Positions 1-9,964 of a stretch of 64,000 bases of DNA are shown here, in pieces. A program made the translations under genes and the position numbers. How positions within the stretch are numbered: position 1 is the stretch's first letter; each line of letters opens with the position of its first letter. This DNA comes from Hyphomonadaceae bacterium (GTDB lineage: Bacteria; Pseudomonadota; Alphaproteobacteria; Caulobacterales; Hyphomonadaceae). Under the pieces are notes generated by a model. That model ran no database searches. It worked only from the letters and a program-made list of their open reading frames with translations, and was not told the DNA's origin. Location: positions 12,025 to 76,024 of the forward strand of contig JANQQC010000006.1 of the NCBI GenBank assembly GCA_028285145.1, read 5' to 3'.

Positions 1-755
1 CATACGATTTTGGCGGCAAGACAGCGGTGGTGACGGGTGCGAGCCGGGGAATTGGGGCGGCGATCGCGCGCACGCTGGCCGGCGATGGGGCGCGTGTCGC
101 ACTTGTCGCCCGCTCAAAGGACAAGCTGGAAGAACTTGCCGCTGAGTTGCCGAATGATCCGGTTGTGGTTGAAGCTGATATGGCCAGCGATGATGGCTGG
201 AATGGCGCGGCAAAGGCTGTGCTTGGCGCGCTCGGCCATGTCGACATTCTGGTGAACAATGCGGGCGTAAGCTTTCAGGAGCCGCTCGGCAAGAATTCGA
301 AGAAGAATCTCGACACGACGCTCGACGTGAATGTCCGCAACCTGATCCTGTTTACCGACGCGCTTGCGGAAAGCCTCAAGTCACGCCAGGGCGCTGTGGT
401 GAACATCTCATCGATCTCGGCCAATTCAGGCTCTTACGGCCAGATCGCCTACTCGGCCTCAAAAGGCGCGGTGAATTCCTTCACGCGCAATGCCTCCATC
501 GATATGGGCCGGGCAGGGGTGCGCGTGAATGCGATTGCGCCGGGTGTCATTGATGACGGTATGTGGAAGACCGCATTTGAAAGCGGTGCCGTCGACCGGG
601 AAAAGGTCATGGCTGGCATGGCGCGTAGCATCCCGCTGCAAGGGCGCTGGGGAACCGCGCAGGAGATTGCCGACACGGTTGCGTTCCTTGCCTCCGACAA
701 GGCGAGTTATGTGACCGGGCAGGTCCTGCGCGTCGATGGCGGCATTCTGGCCTGA
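1..755 (+). CDS. Short-chain dehydrogenase/reductase (SDR, FabG-like); 5' end truncated by the window edge
   Basis: The frame is open to position 1. It has the TGASRGIG cofactor motif, NNAG, and the catalytic YSASK (Y-x3-K). The ORF track gives 27..755. Confidence 0.85.
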   Translation, partial: YDFGGKTAVVTGASRGIGAAIARTLAGDGARVALVARSKDKLEELAAELPNDPVVVEADMASDDGWNGAAKAVLGALGHVDILVNNAGVSFQEPLGKNSKKNLDTTLDVNVRNLILFTDALAESLKSRQGAVVNISSISANSGSYGQIAYSASKGAVNSFTRNASIDMGRAGVRVNAIAPGVIDDGMWKTAFESGAVDREKVMAGMARSIPLQGRWGTAQEIADTVAFLASDKASYVTGQVLRVDGGILA

Positions 756-840
756 TCGGTTGGCGGGCCGACCCGCGCTCTTATATCGGCAATGAGCAAA
801 AGTATGCGCGCGAGCGCCTCAATGAGCGAGAACCTTTACC

Positions 841-1491
841 GTGTCTGTGATCCCCAAAAGCCCGAGTGCCGACGATTATTCGAAGGAGGCCGACCGGCCT
901 CTGATTCCCGACGCAGCTGATCCGATCGCGCTGTTTCAGGACTGGATGGCCGAAGCGCGGGCCGAAGAGATGAATGATTCAAATGCCATGAGTCTCGCCA
1001 CCGTGGATCCGGATGGCATGCCGGATGTCCGGGTCGTGCTTCTGAAGGGCGTGTCGGCCGACGGGTTTGGATTCTATACCAACCTGAACAGCGCCAAGGG
1101 TGGCCAGCTGGACGCGACACCCAAGGCTGCGCTTGGCTTTCACTGGAAGAGCCTGCGCCGGCAGGTGCGGGTGCGTGGAACAATTGCGCGCGTGCCGGAC
1201 GCCGACTCAGACGCTTACTTTGCGAGCCGGGCCAAGCTCAGCCGGATCAGCGCGGTGGCCTCAGACCAGTCCCAGCCATTGGAGGATCGGAGCGTGTTCA
1301 AGGCGCGGGTCGAGGCGCTCATGGCTGAGTATGAGGACTCCGATGATATTCCGAGGCCGCCACACTGGGGCGGGTTCCGCCTGACGCCCGAGAGCATTGA
1401 ATTCTGGCAGGATCAGGCTTTCCGGATGCATGACCGTCTGAGGTTTGTCCGGGATGGCGAGGGCTGGGCGACGACGCGCCTTTATCCCTGA
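841..1491 (+). CDS. pdxH: Pyridoxamine 5'-phosphate oxidase
   Basis: 216 aa with a GTG start. It has the typical PdxH C-terminus (HWGGFRLTPESIEFWQ...RMHDRLRF) and the LATVDPDGMPDVRVVLLKG core. Confidence 0.9.
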   Translation: MSVIPKSPSADDYSKEADRPLIPDAADPIALFQDWMAEARAEEMNDSNAMSLATVDPDGMPDVRVVLLKGVSADGFGFYTNLNSAKGGQLDATPKAALGFHWKSLRRQVRVRGTIARVPDADSDAYFASRAKLSRISAVASDQSQPLEDRSVFKARVEALMAEYEDSDDIPRPPHWGGFRLTPESIEFWQDQAFRMHDRLRFVRDGEGWATTRLYP

Positions 1492-2390
1492 CCGTATCGC
1501 GCCTGAAGGGTTTTTGGGTTGTAAAGCGAGCGATGCTCAGCGGCTGCCAGCGCTGGGCGCAATGCTTCCATTTGTTCCAACGCCTCCAGGGGCTCCCCAG
1601 CTGCGATGAGCTGGCTGGCCTCCACCAGCGCCTCGCGAAGGCCGGCATCCCGCGCATGTGGGAAGCGGTCGTGGATCCGGCGCAGGAAATGGCGGGCGGC
1701 ACGGCGATAAGCGGCTTGCGTTTCGCCGCTGGAGTCTTCGGCCGCAAGAACAGCATCAACGGCCATGGAGAGGGGACCACGCCAGGTTTCAGGTGAAGCG
1801 GGTGGTTCATCCTCACACGCCCGGGCGTCGAGTGCTTTCAGGTAAGCGCTCAGTGCGGCAATGATATCCGGGCCCGGGCGCTCGCCTTCGAATTCTTCCA
1901 CGATCTGGCGTTCGAGGAAGTCGGACAGCGCCGCCCCGTCGTCGCGGTCAACAAGCTGGTGCCCCGCTGACGATGCGAGATCGGGGATTAGCACGGGATT
2001 GAAGACGCCATCGTCACGCGCGGGTCCGAAGAAGCCATGGGTTGTGTCTGCCGTGCCGGGTTCGCCAGAAAGACCGGCGAAGAAGAAGTCCGGATTTGCA
2101 CGGCCATTCTCGTGACAGCTCGCGCAGGAAACGCCAGCCTTGGCGGCCTGACCACCCAGCAGGAACGGGCTGTTGAAGAGCAGTTCGCCCTGACGGACGA
2201 GGGGATCGCCGGTGGATGCGAGGCAGCTTGGCGGCTGGGTTGAGAGCGCGGTCGCGATATCAGAACCAGGCGCAAGCCAACCCGCCTCCTGCGGCGCAGT
2301 ATCGGCTGATGGATTGCTGCAGCCCGCCAAAGCCGCCGTGACCACCAGAGTGGTCAGCGCACGGCTCAGGACGCGCCTTGCTCGATCCAT
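1482..2390 (-). CDS. Cytochrome c-type lipoprotein (single CxxCH), function unknown
   Basis: It has a lipoprotein signal (LAGCSN) and one heme-binding motif, CASCH. It overlaps the stop of the upstream TPR gene by 25 nt. Confidence 0.6.
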   Translation of the reverse strand: MDRARRVLSRALTTLVVTAALAGCSNPSADTAPQEAGWLAPGSDIATALSTQPPSCLASTGDPLVRQGELLFNSPFLLGGQAAKAGVSCASCHENGRANPDFFFAGLSGEPGTADTTHGFFGPARDDGVFNPVLIPDLASSAGHQLVDRDDGAALSDFLERQIVEEFEGERPGPDIIAALSAYLKALDARACEDEPPASPETWRGPLSMAVDAVLAAEDSSGETQAAYRRAARHFLRRIHDRFPHARDAGLREALVEASQLIAAGEPLEALEQMEALRPALAAAEHRSLYNPKTLQARYGQG

Positions 2391-3259
2391 TTCTCAAGCT
2401 CTGTCAGCTCGGCGCATCCGAAGGGACAAAGCGCGTTGAGGGTGTCGAGCTGCCGGTAAGCCGCTGTCATGTTCCCGGTCTCGACAAAGTATTCGCCGAG
2501 ATACTCATGTGCGCCGAGGTGGCCGGGTGCGACGTCCAGCGCGGCTGAATAATAGGCGAGGGCGATGTCGTAATTGCCCTGCTTGCGGTTGGCAAAGCCC
2601 AGATAGGTCAGCACGTCTGGATGAGGACCAAACGCATCACGCGCCTCAAGCAGCTCGATCTTCGCGCCGGCATAGTTTTCCAAATTGATGAGGCGGACAG
2701 CTCCCAAATAGGCCGCGTCGCCGGAGGCAGCGGACGCTTGCTCGATCGCTGGCGGCAGCGCGCTCGTATCGACGCTCTGGCCAGCCATGGCGAGCGCCTT
2801 GTCGATGGCTTCAGCTTCCGCGCAGGTTCCGGCGCATGAGGCTTTTGCGGCATTCAGGGCATCGACCTGTTCCTGAGCGTCGTCTGCTTTGCCCATCTGC
2901 GTATAGGCGACGGCAAGCCGGCCGCGCGCGTCATGCAGGTTCGGATCATAACGCAGCGCCTTTTTCAGGGCGCGGGAGGCGGGTCGCCATTCTTCCTGTC
3001 CCATATGTGCGACGCCGAGAAGGAGGTGTGAGTTGGCGTCTTTCCGCGCCACGCTGACCACGCGTTTGAAGGCTCGTTCCGCCTTCCGGTAATCCTGCTG
3101 GCGCAGATACTCGACGCCGGACTGGTACTCTTCAACGGGGTCGTAGGATGGGCCGCTTGAACTCGGCAGCGATGCGCCACCGCCACCACCACCATTGGCC
3201 AAGGCCGGTCCGGCAAATGAGAGCACGAAGGCTGCGATAAGAAGCGTGCGGTGTTTCAT
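2366..3259 (-). CDS. Secreted TPR-repeat protein
   Basis: It has an N-terminal signal peptide (LIAAFVLSFAGPALA), a Gly-rich linker and repeated TPR-like A/Y/L patterns. Confidence 0.75.
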   Translation of the reverse strand: MKHRTLLIAAFVLSFAGPALANGGGGGGASLPSSSGPSYDPVEEYQSGVEYLRQQDYRKAERAFKRVVSVARKDANSHLLLGVAHMGQEEWRPASRALKKALRYDPNLHDARGRLAVAYTQMGKADDAQEQVDALNAAKASCAGTCAEAEAIDKALAMAGQSVDTSALPPAIEQASAASGDAAYLGAVRLINLENYAGAKIELLEARDAFGPHPDVLTYLGFANRKQGNYDIALAYYSAALDVAPGHLGAHEYLGEYFVETGNMTAAYRQLDTLNALCPFGCAELTELEKWIEQGAS

Positions 3260-3270
3260 GGCTTCCTCCC

Positions 3271-3299
3271 AAAAGCGTGTGAAGAAAGGGGGCGCTTTT
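3271..3299. terminator. Weak A/T-rich hairpin (AAAAGCG ... CGCTTTT followed by a T-run) between the cupin gene end and the TPR gene start
   Basis: A 7-bp inverted repeat, 3271-3277 / 3293-3299, read directly. The T-run lies on the + strand only, so function as a terminator for the minus-strand cupin gene is uncertain. Confidence 0.3.
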
Positions 3300-3349
3300 T
3301 TTACCGAAATGTCGAGGGGGATGCTGTCACGACCTTGTGAGGGTGAGGG

Positions 3350-3940
3350 CTAGCCTGAGACGAGCGCCCTCAGCTTGGTTGCGTCGTATGGCTGCTCCTG
3401 AAGCGACTCCGGGTCCCACTCGCTGCGCGGCGTTTCGAAGAAATCACCGCCATAAATGTGGATGGCACCCGTGAGTTTTTGCAGCGGGTTTGTGACCGAG
3501 TGGACAATGTCCGGTCCGAGCGGTGTGTAGTCTCCCTTGGAGAGCACTTTCACCCCGGCGGCCTCGATCCGACCGTCCGGATCATCTTTGATCCGCCGCC
3601 AGAAGATGTTGTCCTCCCGTCCGCCATAAATGCCGATGGCGGCCCACATTTCATGATTGTGCGGCATGATCGTCATGCCGGCCGGCCAGACAACGTTCAC
3701 GATGGTGAGGGTGTCGGACTGATAGATTGTTTGAAGCCCTCCGGCGGTCGGCTCGCCGAGCGCGGCGGTCAGCGCATCCGGGTTGTCCATCGCCCGGCCA
3801 AGCAGATCTGAAACCGCCGTATGTGTCGGGTCGCGCTCAACGGCGTGCTTGCAGTCGGCGACAAACGTATCGAGATCGAACATGCTGGCTCCCAGCCTTT
3901 CCAGTGGATGAAGCGTATCCGAAGCTCTCCTATGGTTCAA
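3350..3940 (-). CDS. Cupin-fold metalloprotein (cysteine-dioxygenase-like, COG5553-type)
   Basis: 196 aa with a His-rich metal motif (MPHNHEMWAAIGIYGG) and a later HSV motif typical of double-stranded beta-helix proteins. Confidence 0.55.
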   Translation of the reverse strand: MNHRRASDTLHPLERLGASMFDLDTFVADCKHAVERDPTHTAVSDLLGRAMDNPDALTAALGEPTAGGLQTIYQSDTLTIVNVVWPAGMTIMPHNHEMWAAIGIYGGREDNIFWRRIKDDPDGRIEAAGVKVLSKGDYTPLGPDIVHSVTNPLQKLTGAIHIYGGDFFETPRSEWDPESLQEQPYDATKLRALVSG

Positions 3941-3991
3941 ACGCGAGTGGGGCTTGCTTGGCTTGGCGGCGATGCCGCGTTAACCGGCTGC

Positions 3992-4813
3992 ATGGCCTTC
4001 ATCACGCGCTTTGCGCCTTCACCGACCGGGCGCATCCATCTCGGCACCGCTGCATCTGCCTTCCATGTCTGGCAGGCGGCCGAGGCGGCGGGTGGGACGG
4101 CGCTTCTGCGGATTGAGGATGTCGATCAGACGCGGTGTCGACCGGAGTATACGAGCGATATTCTGGAAGAGCTTGCCTGGCTTGGCCTGACCTGGCCGGA
4201 GCCACTGCGCCTCCAGTCGGAGCATTTCGTCGAATACGAGACCGGGCTCGAGCAGCTACGCGAACAAGGTCTGCTTTACCGGTGTTTTCTGACACGCAAG
4301 GAGATGGCGGACCTCGCTCCAGATGGCGTCTATCGCGGCGGGCCGCTGTCGGCAGACGAAGAGACTGCCCGGCTTGAGGCGGGTGAGGCCTATTCGTGGC
4401 GCTTGTCGCTCGACAGGGCAAGAGAGGTGCTCGGCCCGGCATGGGGCACGCTGTCCTATCTGGAGGAGGTCGAGGGCGTACTCGTGGACCGGGCGGCCGA
4501 TCCGACGCGTCATGGCGATGTTGTGCTGGCGCGCAAGGATACGCCCGTCGCCTATCACTTTGCCTGCTGTCACGACGATGCGTTGCAGGCTGTGACCCAC
4601 ATTATTCGCGGCACCGACCTAGAGGACGCACCTCACATTCACGTGTTGATCCAGACGCTGATGGGCTGGCCGAGCCCTGTCTATAGGCATCATCCGGTGT
4701 TGCTTGCCGAGGATGGACGCAAGCTTTCCAAAAGGGACGCTGCAAAATCGCTTGCTTCGCTCCGCGCCGAAGGGCTAACGCCCGATGATGTCCGAAAGCT
4801 CGCTGGCTTCTAA
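3992..4813 (+). CDS. gluQ: Glutamyl-Q tRNA(Asp) synthetase
   Basis: It begins RFAPSPTGRIHLG (a class I HIGH-like motif), has KLSKR (KMSKS-like), and is about 273 aa from the ATG at 3992. The 3821 start in the ORF track would overlap the divergent gene. Confidence 0.85.
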   Translation: MAFITRFAPSPTGRIHLGTAASAFHVWQAAEAAGGTALLRIEDVDQTRCRPEYTSDILEELAWLGLTWPEPLRLQSEHFVEYETGLEQLREQGLLYRCFLTRKEMADLAPDGVYRGGPLSADEETARLEAGEAYSWRLSLDRAREVLGPAWGTLSYLEEVEGVLVDRAADPTRHGDVVLARKDTPVAYHFACCHDDALQAVTHIIRGTDLEDAPHIHVLIQTLMGWPSPVYRHHPVLLAEDGRKLSKRDAAKSLASLRAEGLTPDDVRKLAGF

Positions 4814-5729
4814 AACGACTCCGATCGCCCCGCCGGCCTGGACCGGACCGGCCTTGTTGTTAGCGGGCGGCGTTTGCATTGGTTTCGCCCCGATTGGCTT
4901 GCGACTGGGGCTTGGCGAGATGGGGCCGTTTGCAATCGCTTTCTGGCGGTACGTCTTCGCGCTTCCCATTCTTTTCGTTCTCGTGTTCGTCGCCGAACGG
5001 CGTTTCCCCGTCCGGCCGAACCGGTTCCTGCTAATTGCCGGCACGTGTTTCGCTCTCGACATTGCCCTCTGGCACTGGGGGCTCAGCCTGACCACGGTGG
5101 CCAATGCGACGTTCATCGTGAACCTCGGCAATATCGGCGTCGGACTTGCGGCCTGGTTGTTCCTGTCCCAGCGGCCAACACGCGTCTGGGCCGCAGCTGC
5201 CATGATCGCGCTTGTAGGGGCGGCGATCCTCTCTTTGGGCGGTGAGGCGGATGGAAAGACGGATCTGCGCGGCGATCTGCTTGCCCTTGGCGCGGCGGTG
5301 CTTGTCTCGGGATACATGCTGGCCTCATCTGTCGCGCGGCGAACCATCGGGGCACTGGATGCGATCTTCTGGCTCACAGCGGTCGAAGTCGTTGTCGGCG
5401 GGCTTGTTGTCGCCGTCTCGCCGGAGGCCTTTTTCCCCGAGAATCTTGATGGGTTTCAGGCCCCATTGGTTCTGGCCGTCGTTGTGCAGGTCATGGGGCA
5501 GGGGCTGATTATTGCTGGACTTGGCCGGACCTCGCCGGCGATTGCCGGTGTTCTCGTGCTGGTCCAGCCGGTGGTCGCTGCAGCGATATCCTGGCGGCTG
5601 TTTGACGAGCCGCTGACCGGGCTCCAAGCTGGCGGCGCAGTCCTGATTCTGATCGGTGTCTTTCTAGCGCAGCGCCGGTCGAGTGACAAAAAGGCGTCGC
5701 AGATCACTGTTACCAGCGGCATCGACTAA
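4785..5729 (+). CDS. DMT-superfamily (EamA-like) transporter
   Basis: About 10 hydrophobic helices arranged as two EamA-like halves. It overlaps the gluQ stop. Confidence 0.8.
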   Translation: MMSESSLASKTTPIAPPAWTGPALLLAGGVCIGFAPIGLRLGLGEMGPFAIAFWRYVFALPILFVLVFVAERRFPVRPNRFLLIAGTCFALDIALWHWGLSLTTVANATFIVNLGNIGVGLAAWLFLSQRPTRVWAAAAMIALVGAAILSLGGEADGKTDLRGDLLALGAAVLVSGYMLASSVARRTIGALDAIFWLTAVEVVVGGLVVAVSPEAFFPENLDGFQAPLVLAVVVQVMGQGLIIAGLGRTSPAIAGVLVLVQPVVAAAISWRLFDEPLTGLQAGGAVLILIGVFLAQRRSSDKKASQITVTSGID

Positions 5730-5740
5730 GGGAGGTCACT

Positions 5741-7285
5741 ATGGGGCACTTCAGTTTTGCGTTCGTTCTCGGACTGTCATCGCTCGTAGCAGCCTGCGCG
5801 CAGCTGCCTGAACCCGTGGACCCTCCCGTCGCAGAGGTGGTTGGACTGGAGCGGACGGCAGTGACTCCGCGACAGGCCAATGATCCGTACTACGTAACCG
5901 CAGAAGCAGCGGTCGCGGCCCGGCAAGGCACGCTCGGGCAGGCCAAGAATGTGATCCTGTTCGTCGGCGACGGCATGGGCATCTCGACGGTGACAGCCGC
6001 GCGCATCTATGCGGGTCAGAAGCGGAACATGGACGGCGAGAGCTATCGCCTTGCTATGGAGTCGCTGCCCTATTCGGCGCTGTCGAAGACGTACTCTCAC
6101 GACTATCAGGTGTCGGACAGCGCCGCGACCGCGACCGCCATGGTCTCGGGCGTCAAGACACGCTCAGGCGCGCTCGGTGTGACGTCCGACGTCGCAATTG
6201 GAAATTGCGCGAGCCAGCTTGATCGGGAAACCGACAGTCTGTTTGAACTTGCCGAGAGAGCCGGTCTCGCGACCGGGGTGATCTCAACGGCCAAGCTGAC
6301 CCATGCAACGCCCGCAGCGACCTATTCGAAGTCTGCCGCGCGCGGATGGGAGGACGACTCGTCTCTGGGGGCCGACAGCGACTGCAAGGACATCGCCCGG
6401 CAATTCATTGAATGGGAAGCCGGTGATGGTTTCGAAATCGCGCTGGGTGGCGGTCGGCAGCATTTCCGGCCTGCCGGTGTCGCGGATCTTGAAAGCGACA
6501 ATGAACCGGGGCGGCGGATCGATGGTCGTGACCTGACGGCGGAGTGGGCGGCGAAATCCGACGCGCATGTTTATGTCGAGGATACCGCTGGATTCGAAGC
6601 CGCCGACATTGCGGGTGGTGCCAAGGTGCTTGGGCTCTTTGAAGCGTCACACATGCAATTCGAGCTGGACCGGCCGGGTGATACCGCCGGCGAGCCGTCT
6701 ATCGAAGCGATGACGCGCGCGGCGATCACACGCCTGTCGCAGAATGAGAACGGGTTTGTTCTTATGGTCGAAGGCGGGCGGATTGATCATGGCCATCATG
6801 CCGGCAATGCGATCCGCGCTCTGGAAGATGCGGATGCGATGGACCGGGCCGTGGCGGCCGCGCTTGAGATGACGAGCACGGATGACACGCTAATCATCGT
6901 CACGGCGGATCACTCGCACACGCTGACCATTGCGGGCTATCCGGTGCGCGGAAATCCGATCCTCGGAAAGACGTCGCCTGCGCCGGGCGTGATTGCGCGT
7001 GCTGAAGATGGCTTGCCTTACACAACGCTTGGATATGCGAATGGGCCAGGGGCCTGCCGCCTTGAGGGCGAGGCTGTGGTCTGCGACCGGCAGGATCTAT
7101 CCGATATCGATACTGCGGCCAATGACTTTCGCCAGCCGGCGCTGGTGCCAACGGGATCAGAGACACATGCCGGTGAGGATGTTGCCGTGTTTGCCAGTGG
7201 GCCGGGTGCGGACATGGTGCGCGGTGTGATGGAGCAGAACGAGATTTTCCACGTGATGGGAACCGCCAGCGGGCTCGTCGAATAG
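5741..7285 (+). CDS. Alkaline phosphatase (PhoA family), lipoprotein
   Basis: It has DGMGIST and the active-site SDSAATATA. It also has the metal ligands HGHH and DHSHT, plus a lipobox (LVAAC). Confidence 0.9.
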   Translation: MGHFSFAFVLGLSSLVAACAQLPEPVDPPVAEVVGLERTAVTPRQANDPYYVTAEAAVAARQGTLGQAKNVILFVGDGMGISTVTAARIYAGQKRNMDGESYRLAMESLPYSALSKTYSHDYQVSDSAATATAMVSGVKTRSGALGVTSDVAIGNCASQLDRETDSLFELAERAGLATGVISTAKLTHATPAATYSKSAARGWEDDSSLGADSDCKDIARQFIEWEAGDGFEIALGGGRQHFRPAGVADLESDNEPGRRIDGRDLTAEWAAKSDAHVYVEDTAGFEAADIAGGAKVLGLFEASHMQFELDRPGDTAGEPSIEAMTRAAITRLSQNENGFVLMVEGGRIDHGHHAGNAIRALEDADAMDRAVAAALEMTSTDDTLIIVTADHSHTLTIAGYPVRGNPILGKTSPAPGVIARAEDGLPYTTLGYANGPGACRLEGEAVVCDRQDLSDIDTAANDFRQPALVPTGSETHAGEDVAVFASGPGADMVRGVMEQNEIFHVMGTASGLVE

Positions 7286-7305
7286 CGCTTCGTTAGGTTT
7301 GGCGA

Positions 7306-7764
7306 CTAGCCAAGCTTGTGGATGAAGCGGGGCAGGATGCGGCCCTCTATGGAGCCTGATTTCGCCTCGCCCGCCGGCACACAGCCCATGCGTTCGTAAA
7401 AGGGCGCGGCACCCGGATCACCCTCGACAATCATCTCTTGAGCGCCAAGGCCTCGCGCCGCCTGGCAGGCCCAGTCGTAAAGGACCCTGCCGACGCCCTG
7501 ACCGATCCGGTCTGTGTCGACAAACAGTTTTTCGAGATAGCAGCCGGTCTCATCCAGACTGACGTGCGCGACACCCGCCATGCCCTTATGATCTTCAGCG
7601 ACGATGATCGGGTCCCGCGCAAGATCGGCTTCGGTGAGGGTTAGCTCGTCCTCGCACATGGCAAGGAAGGCCTCGTCATACCCCCAGTAGCCTTTCGACC
7701 TGAGGCACAGGTGGGAGGCCGGGGCGAGATCGGACGGCGTTGGCTGTCGAAGCGTGAGCGACAT
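7306..7764 (-). CDS. GNAT family N-acetyltransferase
   Basis: 152 aa with the acetyl-CoA motif IGQGVGRVL and a C-terminal FYERMG. Confidence 0.75.
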   Translation of the reverse strand: MSLTLRQPTPSDLAPASHLCLRSKGYWGYDEAFLAMCEDELTLTEADLARDPIIVAEDHKGMAGVAHVSLDETGCYLEKLFVDTDRIGQGVGRVLYDWACQAARGLGAQEMIVEGDPGAAPFYERMGCVPAGEAKSGSIEGRILPRFIHKLG

Positions 7765-7773
7765 GACAGCAGT

Positions 7774-8226
7774 CTACCACAGCGCCTGATCGGGCGACAC
7801 AGCGGCGGCGAGGCGCGTGACGAGGGCCTCGAGCTGTTTAACGTCATTCGAGTCGAGCCTGGCGAGGAGATCCTGTTCGTATTGAAGGGCAAGCGGCACG
7901 ATCTGGTTGTAGATGCCCTGTCCGACCTTGGTGAGCCGCAGTTCCGAGCGCCGGCCATCCTCTGCTGATGGTTCCCGCGTCAGATAGCCAAGCTCGATCA
8001 GACCGGCTACAGCGCGGCTGACGGCGACCTTATCCATGGCGGTGCGGGTGGTGACTTCGCTGGCGCTGGCTCCGGGCGTTTCGCCGACCACCGCCATGAC
8101 GCGCCATTGGCGGATATCGAGGCCGAACTCGCGATCGTAGATGTCGGCAATGCTTCGTGAGATCGTGTTGGAGAGCACGGACAGCCGATAGGGCAGGAAG
8201 TCTCCGAGGATCAGCGGGGAGGCCAT
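7774..8226 (-). CDS. MarR family transcriptional regulator
   Basis: 150 aa with a winged-HTH pattern (RQWRVMAVVGE...ASEVTTRTAMDKVAVSRAVAGL). It is divergent from hppD. Confidence 0.85.
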   Translation of the reverse strand: MASPLILGDFLPYRLSVLSNTISRSIADIYDREFGLDIRQWRVMAVVGETPGASASEVTTRTAMDKVAVSRAVAGLIELGYLTREPSAEDGRRSELRLTKVGQGIYNQIVPLALQYEQDLLARLDSNDVKQLEALVTRLAAAVSPDQALW

Positions 8227-8276
8227 ATCGGTTCCTTTCCGGCCGAAGCTGGCCGTCAGTTGAAAGCAGTTATAAA

Positions 8277-8298
8277 ATTAGTTACATATGAAACTAAT
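8277..8298. promoter_or_regulatory. 22-bp near-perfect palindrome, candidate MarR operator in the hppD/marR divergent promoter
   Basis: The sequence is ATTAGTTaCAT|ATGaAACTAAT, with 20 of 22 positions symmetric. It lies in an AT-rich stretch 21 nt upstream of the hppD ATG. Confidence 0.5.
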
Positions 8299-8318
8299 TC
8301 ACGCAATGGGAGCGCCCG

Positions 8319-9419
8319 ATGGCTGATCTGTTTGACAACCCCGCTGGCCTCGACGGCTTTGAGTTTGTCGAGTTTTCCGCGCCTGAAAAGGGCCATCTGG
8401 AGAAGGTGTTCGAGACCATCGGTTTCACGCGGGTGGCGCGGCACCGCTCCAAGGATGTTGAGCTGTGGCGTCAGGGCGGGATCAATCTGATCACGAACTA
8501 TGAGCCGCGCTCGGCGGCGTGGTATTTCTCGCGCGAGCACGGGCCGTCAGCCTGCGGCATGGCGTTTCGAGTGAAGGATGCACGAAAGGCGTACGAGCAT
8601 GTGATCAGCCAGGGTGCGGAACCTGTCGAAATGCAGACCGGCCCGATGGAGTTGCGCATCCCGGCCATTCGCGGCATTGGCGGCGCGATCTTGTATCTGG
8701 TCGACCGGTATGGCGAGAGTGAAGACGATCTCTCCATTTACGACATCGACTTTGAGTATCTGCCGGGCGTTGACCGTCATCCGGAAGGGGCCGGGTTTGA
8801 GCTGATCGATCACCTCACACACAACGTCTACACCGGCCGGATGAAGTACTGGGCGGACTATTATGAGACGCTGTTCAACTTTCAGGAGCTGCGCTTCTTC
8901 GACATCAAGGGCGAGTATACCGGGCTGACCTCAAAGGCGCTGACGGCACCGGACGGAAAAATCCGTATTCCGCTCAATGAAGAAGGCGAGGGCGGCAAGG
9001 GCCAGATCGAGGAGTACCTTCGGGAGTTCAATGGCGAGGGCATCCAGCATATCGCTTTCATCTGCGATGATCTCTACGCCTGCTGGGACCGCCTGAAAGC
9101 GCGCGGCGTGCCATTTATGACGGCACCGCCCGAGACCTATTACGAGATGCTTGATGAGCGCCTGCCGGGTCATGGCGAAGAGGTGAACGAGTTGAAGACA
9201 CGCGGTATTCTCCTCGATGGAACGACGGAAAATGATCAGCCGCGCCTGCTGCTGCAGATTTTTGCAGAGGCCCAGATCGGCCCGGTGTTCTTTGAATTCA
9301 TTCAGCGCAAAGGCGATGAGGGTTTCGGCGAAGGCAACTTCAAGGCACTCTTTGAGTCGATGGAGCGTGATCAGATCAAGCGCGGCGCGCTGCAGGTCGA
9401 CGACAAGGAGCCGGCATGA
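8319..9419 (+). CDS. hppD: 4-hydroxyphenylpyruvate dioxygenase
   Basis: 366 aa with characteristic HppD blocks ([36 protein letters not shown]). Confidence 0.9.
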   Translation: MADLFDNPAGLDGFEFVEFSAPEKGHLEKVFETIGFTRVARHRSKDVELWRQGGINLITNYEPRSAAWYFSREHGPSACGMAFRVKDARKAYEHVISQGAEPVEMQTGPMELRIPAIRGIGGAILYLVDRYGESEDDLSIYDIDFEYLPGVDRHPEGAGFELIDHLTHNVYTGRMKYWADYYETLFNFQELRFFDIKGEYTGLTSKALTAPDGKIRIPLNEEGEGGKGQIEEYLREFNGEGIQHIAFICDDLYACWDRLKARGVPFMTAPPETYYEMLDERLPGHGEEVNELKTRGILLDGTTENDQPRLLLQIFAEAQIGPVFFEFIQRKGDEGFGEGNFKALFESMERDQIKRGALQVDDKEPA

Positions 9420-9964
9420 CAGTTCCAAAAACGTCTGGCTTCCATCACGTCGCGTATCGCTGCCGCGATGCGAAGGAGACGGTCGAGTTCTACCAGAAGA
9501 CGCTGGGTATGGATTTCCAGCTGGCGATTGCTGAAGATCGTGTGCCGTCCACCGGCGCGTATGACCCTTACATGCACATCTTCATGGATGCGGGGAATGG
9601 CAATGTGCTCGCCTTCTTCGAATTGCCGGACCAGCCCGATATGGGCCGGGACGAGAATACGCCGGAATGGGTCCAGCATATTGCACTGCGCCTCGACAGT
9701 CTGGAGGCGCTTCTCGACGCGAAGGCGCATCTGGAGGGGCTTGGCATAGACGTGCTCGGGCCGACCAATCACGGCATCTTCAAATCGATCTACTTCTTTG
9801 ACCCGAACGGGCACCGCCTCGAACTCGCCGCCGATACGGGCACGAGCGATCAGATGGCGGAGCTTCACCGGGTCGCGCCGGAGATGCTTGAGGAGTGGAG
9901 CGAGACAAAGAAAGCGCCTAGGCATGCGGCCTGGCTGCACGAGAAGATCGCGGAAGAGGGTTGA
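9416..9964 (+). CDS. VOC-superfamily protein (glyoxalase / extradiol-dioxygenase fold)
   Basis: 182 aa. FHHVAYRC...FY and HIAL...[11 protein letters not shown] are paired beta-alpha-beta-beta-beta module signatures. Its start overlaps the hppD stop by 4 nt. Confidence 0.8.
   Translation: MTVPKTSGFHHVAYRCRDAKETVEFYQKTLGMDFQLAIAEDRVPSTGAYDPYMHIFMDAGNGNVLAFFELPDQPDMGRDENTPEWVQHIALRLDSLEALLDAKAHLEGLGIDVLGPTNHGIFKSIYFFDPNGHRLELAADTGTSDQMAELHRVAPEMLEEWSETKKAPRHAAWLHEKIAEEG

Noticed and set aside
3821-3991. 5' extensions of ORF-track calls: gluQ from 3821, 16148, 16971, 20960, atpE to 27097, atpI to 28330, DUF721 to 33188, rSAM to 36928, ispB to 49997 and nadB to 62388.
   Set aside because: The extensions overlap neighbouring genes or lack similarity to the family N-termini. 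Internal starts with SD-like sequences give the expected protein lengths.
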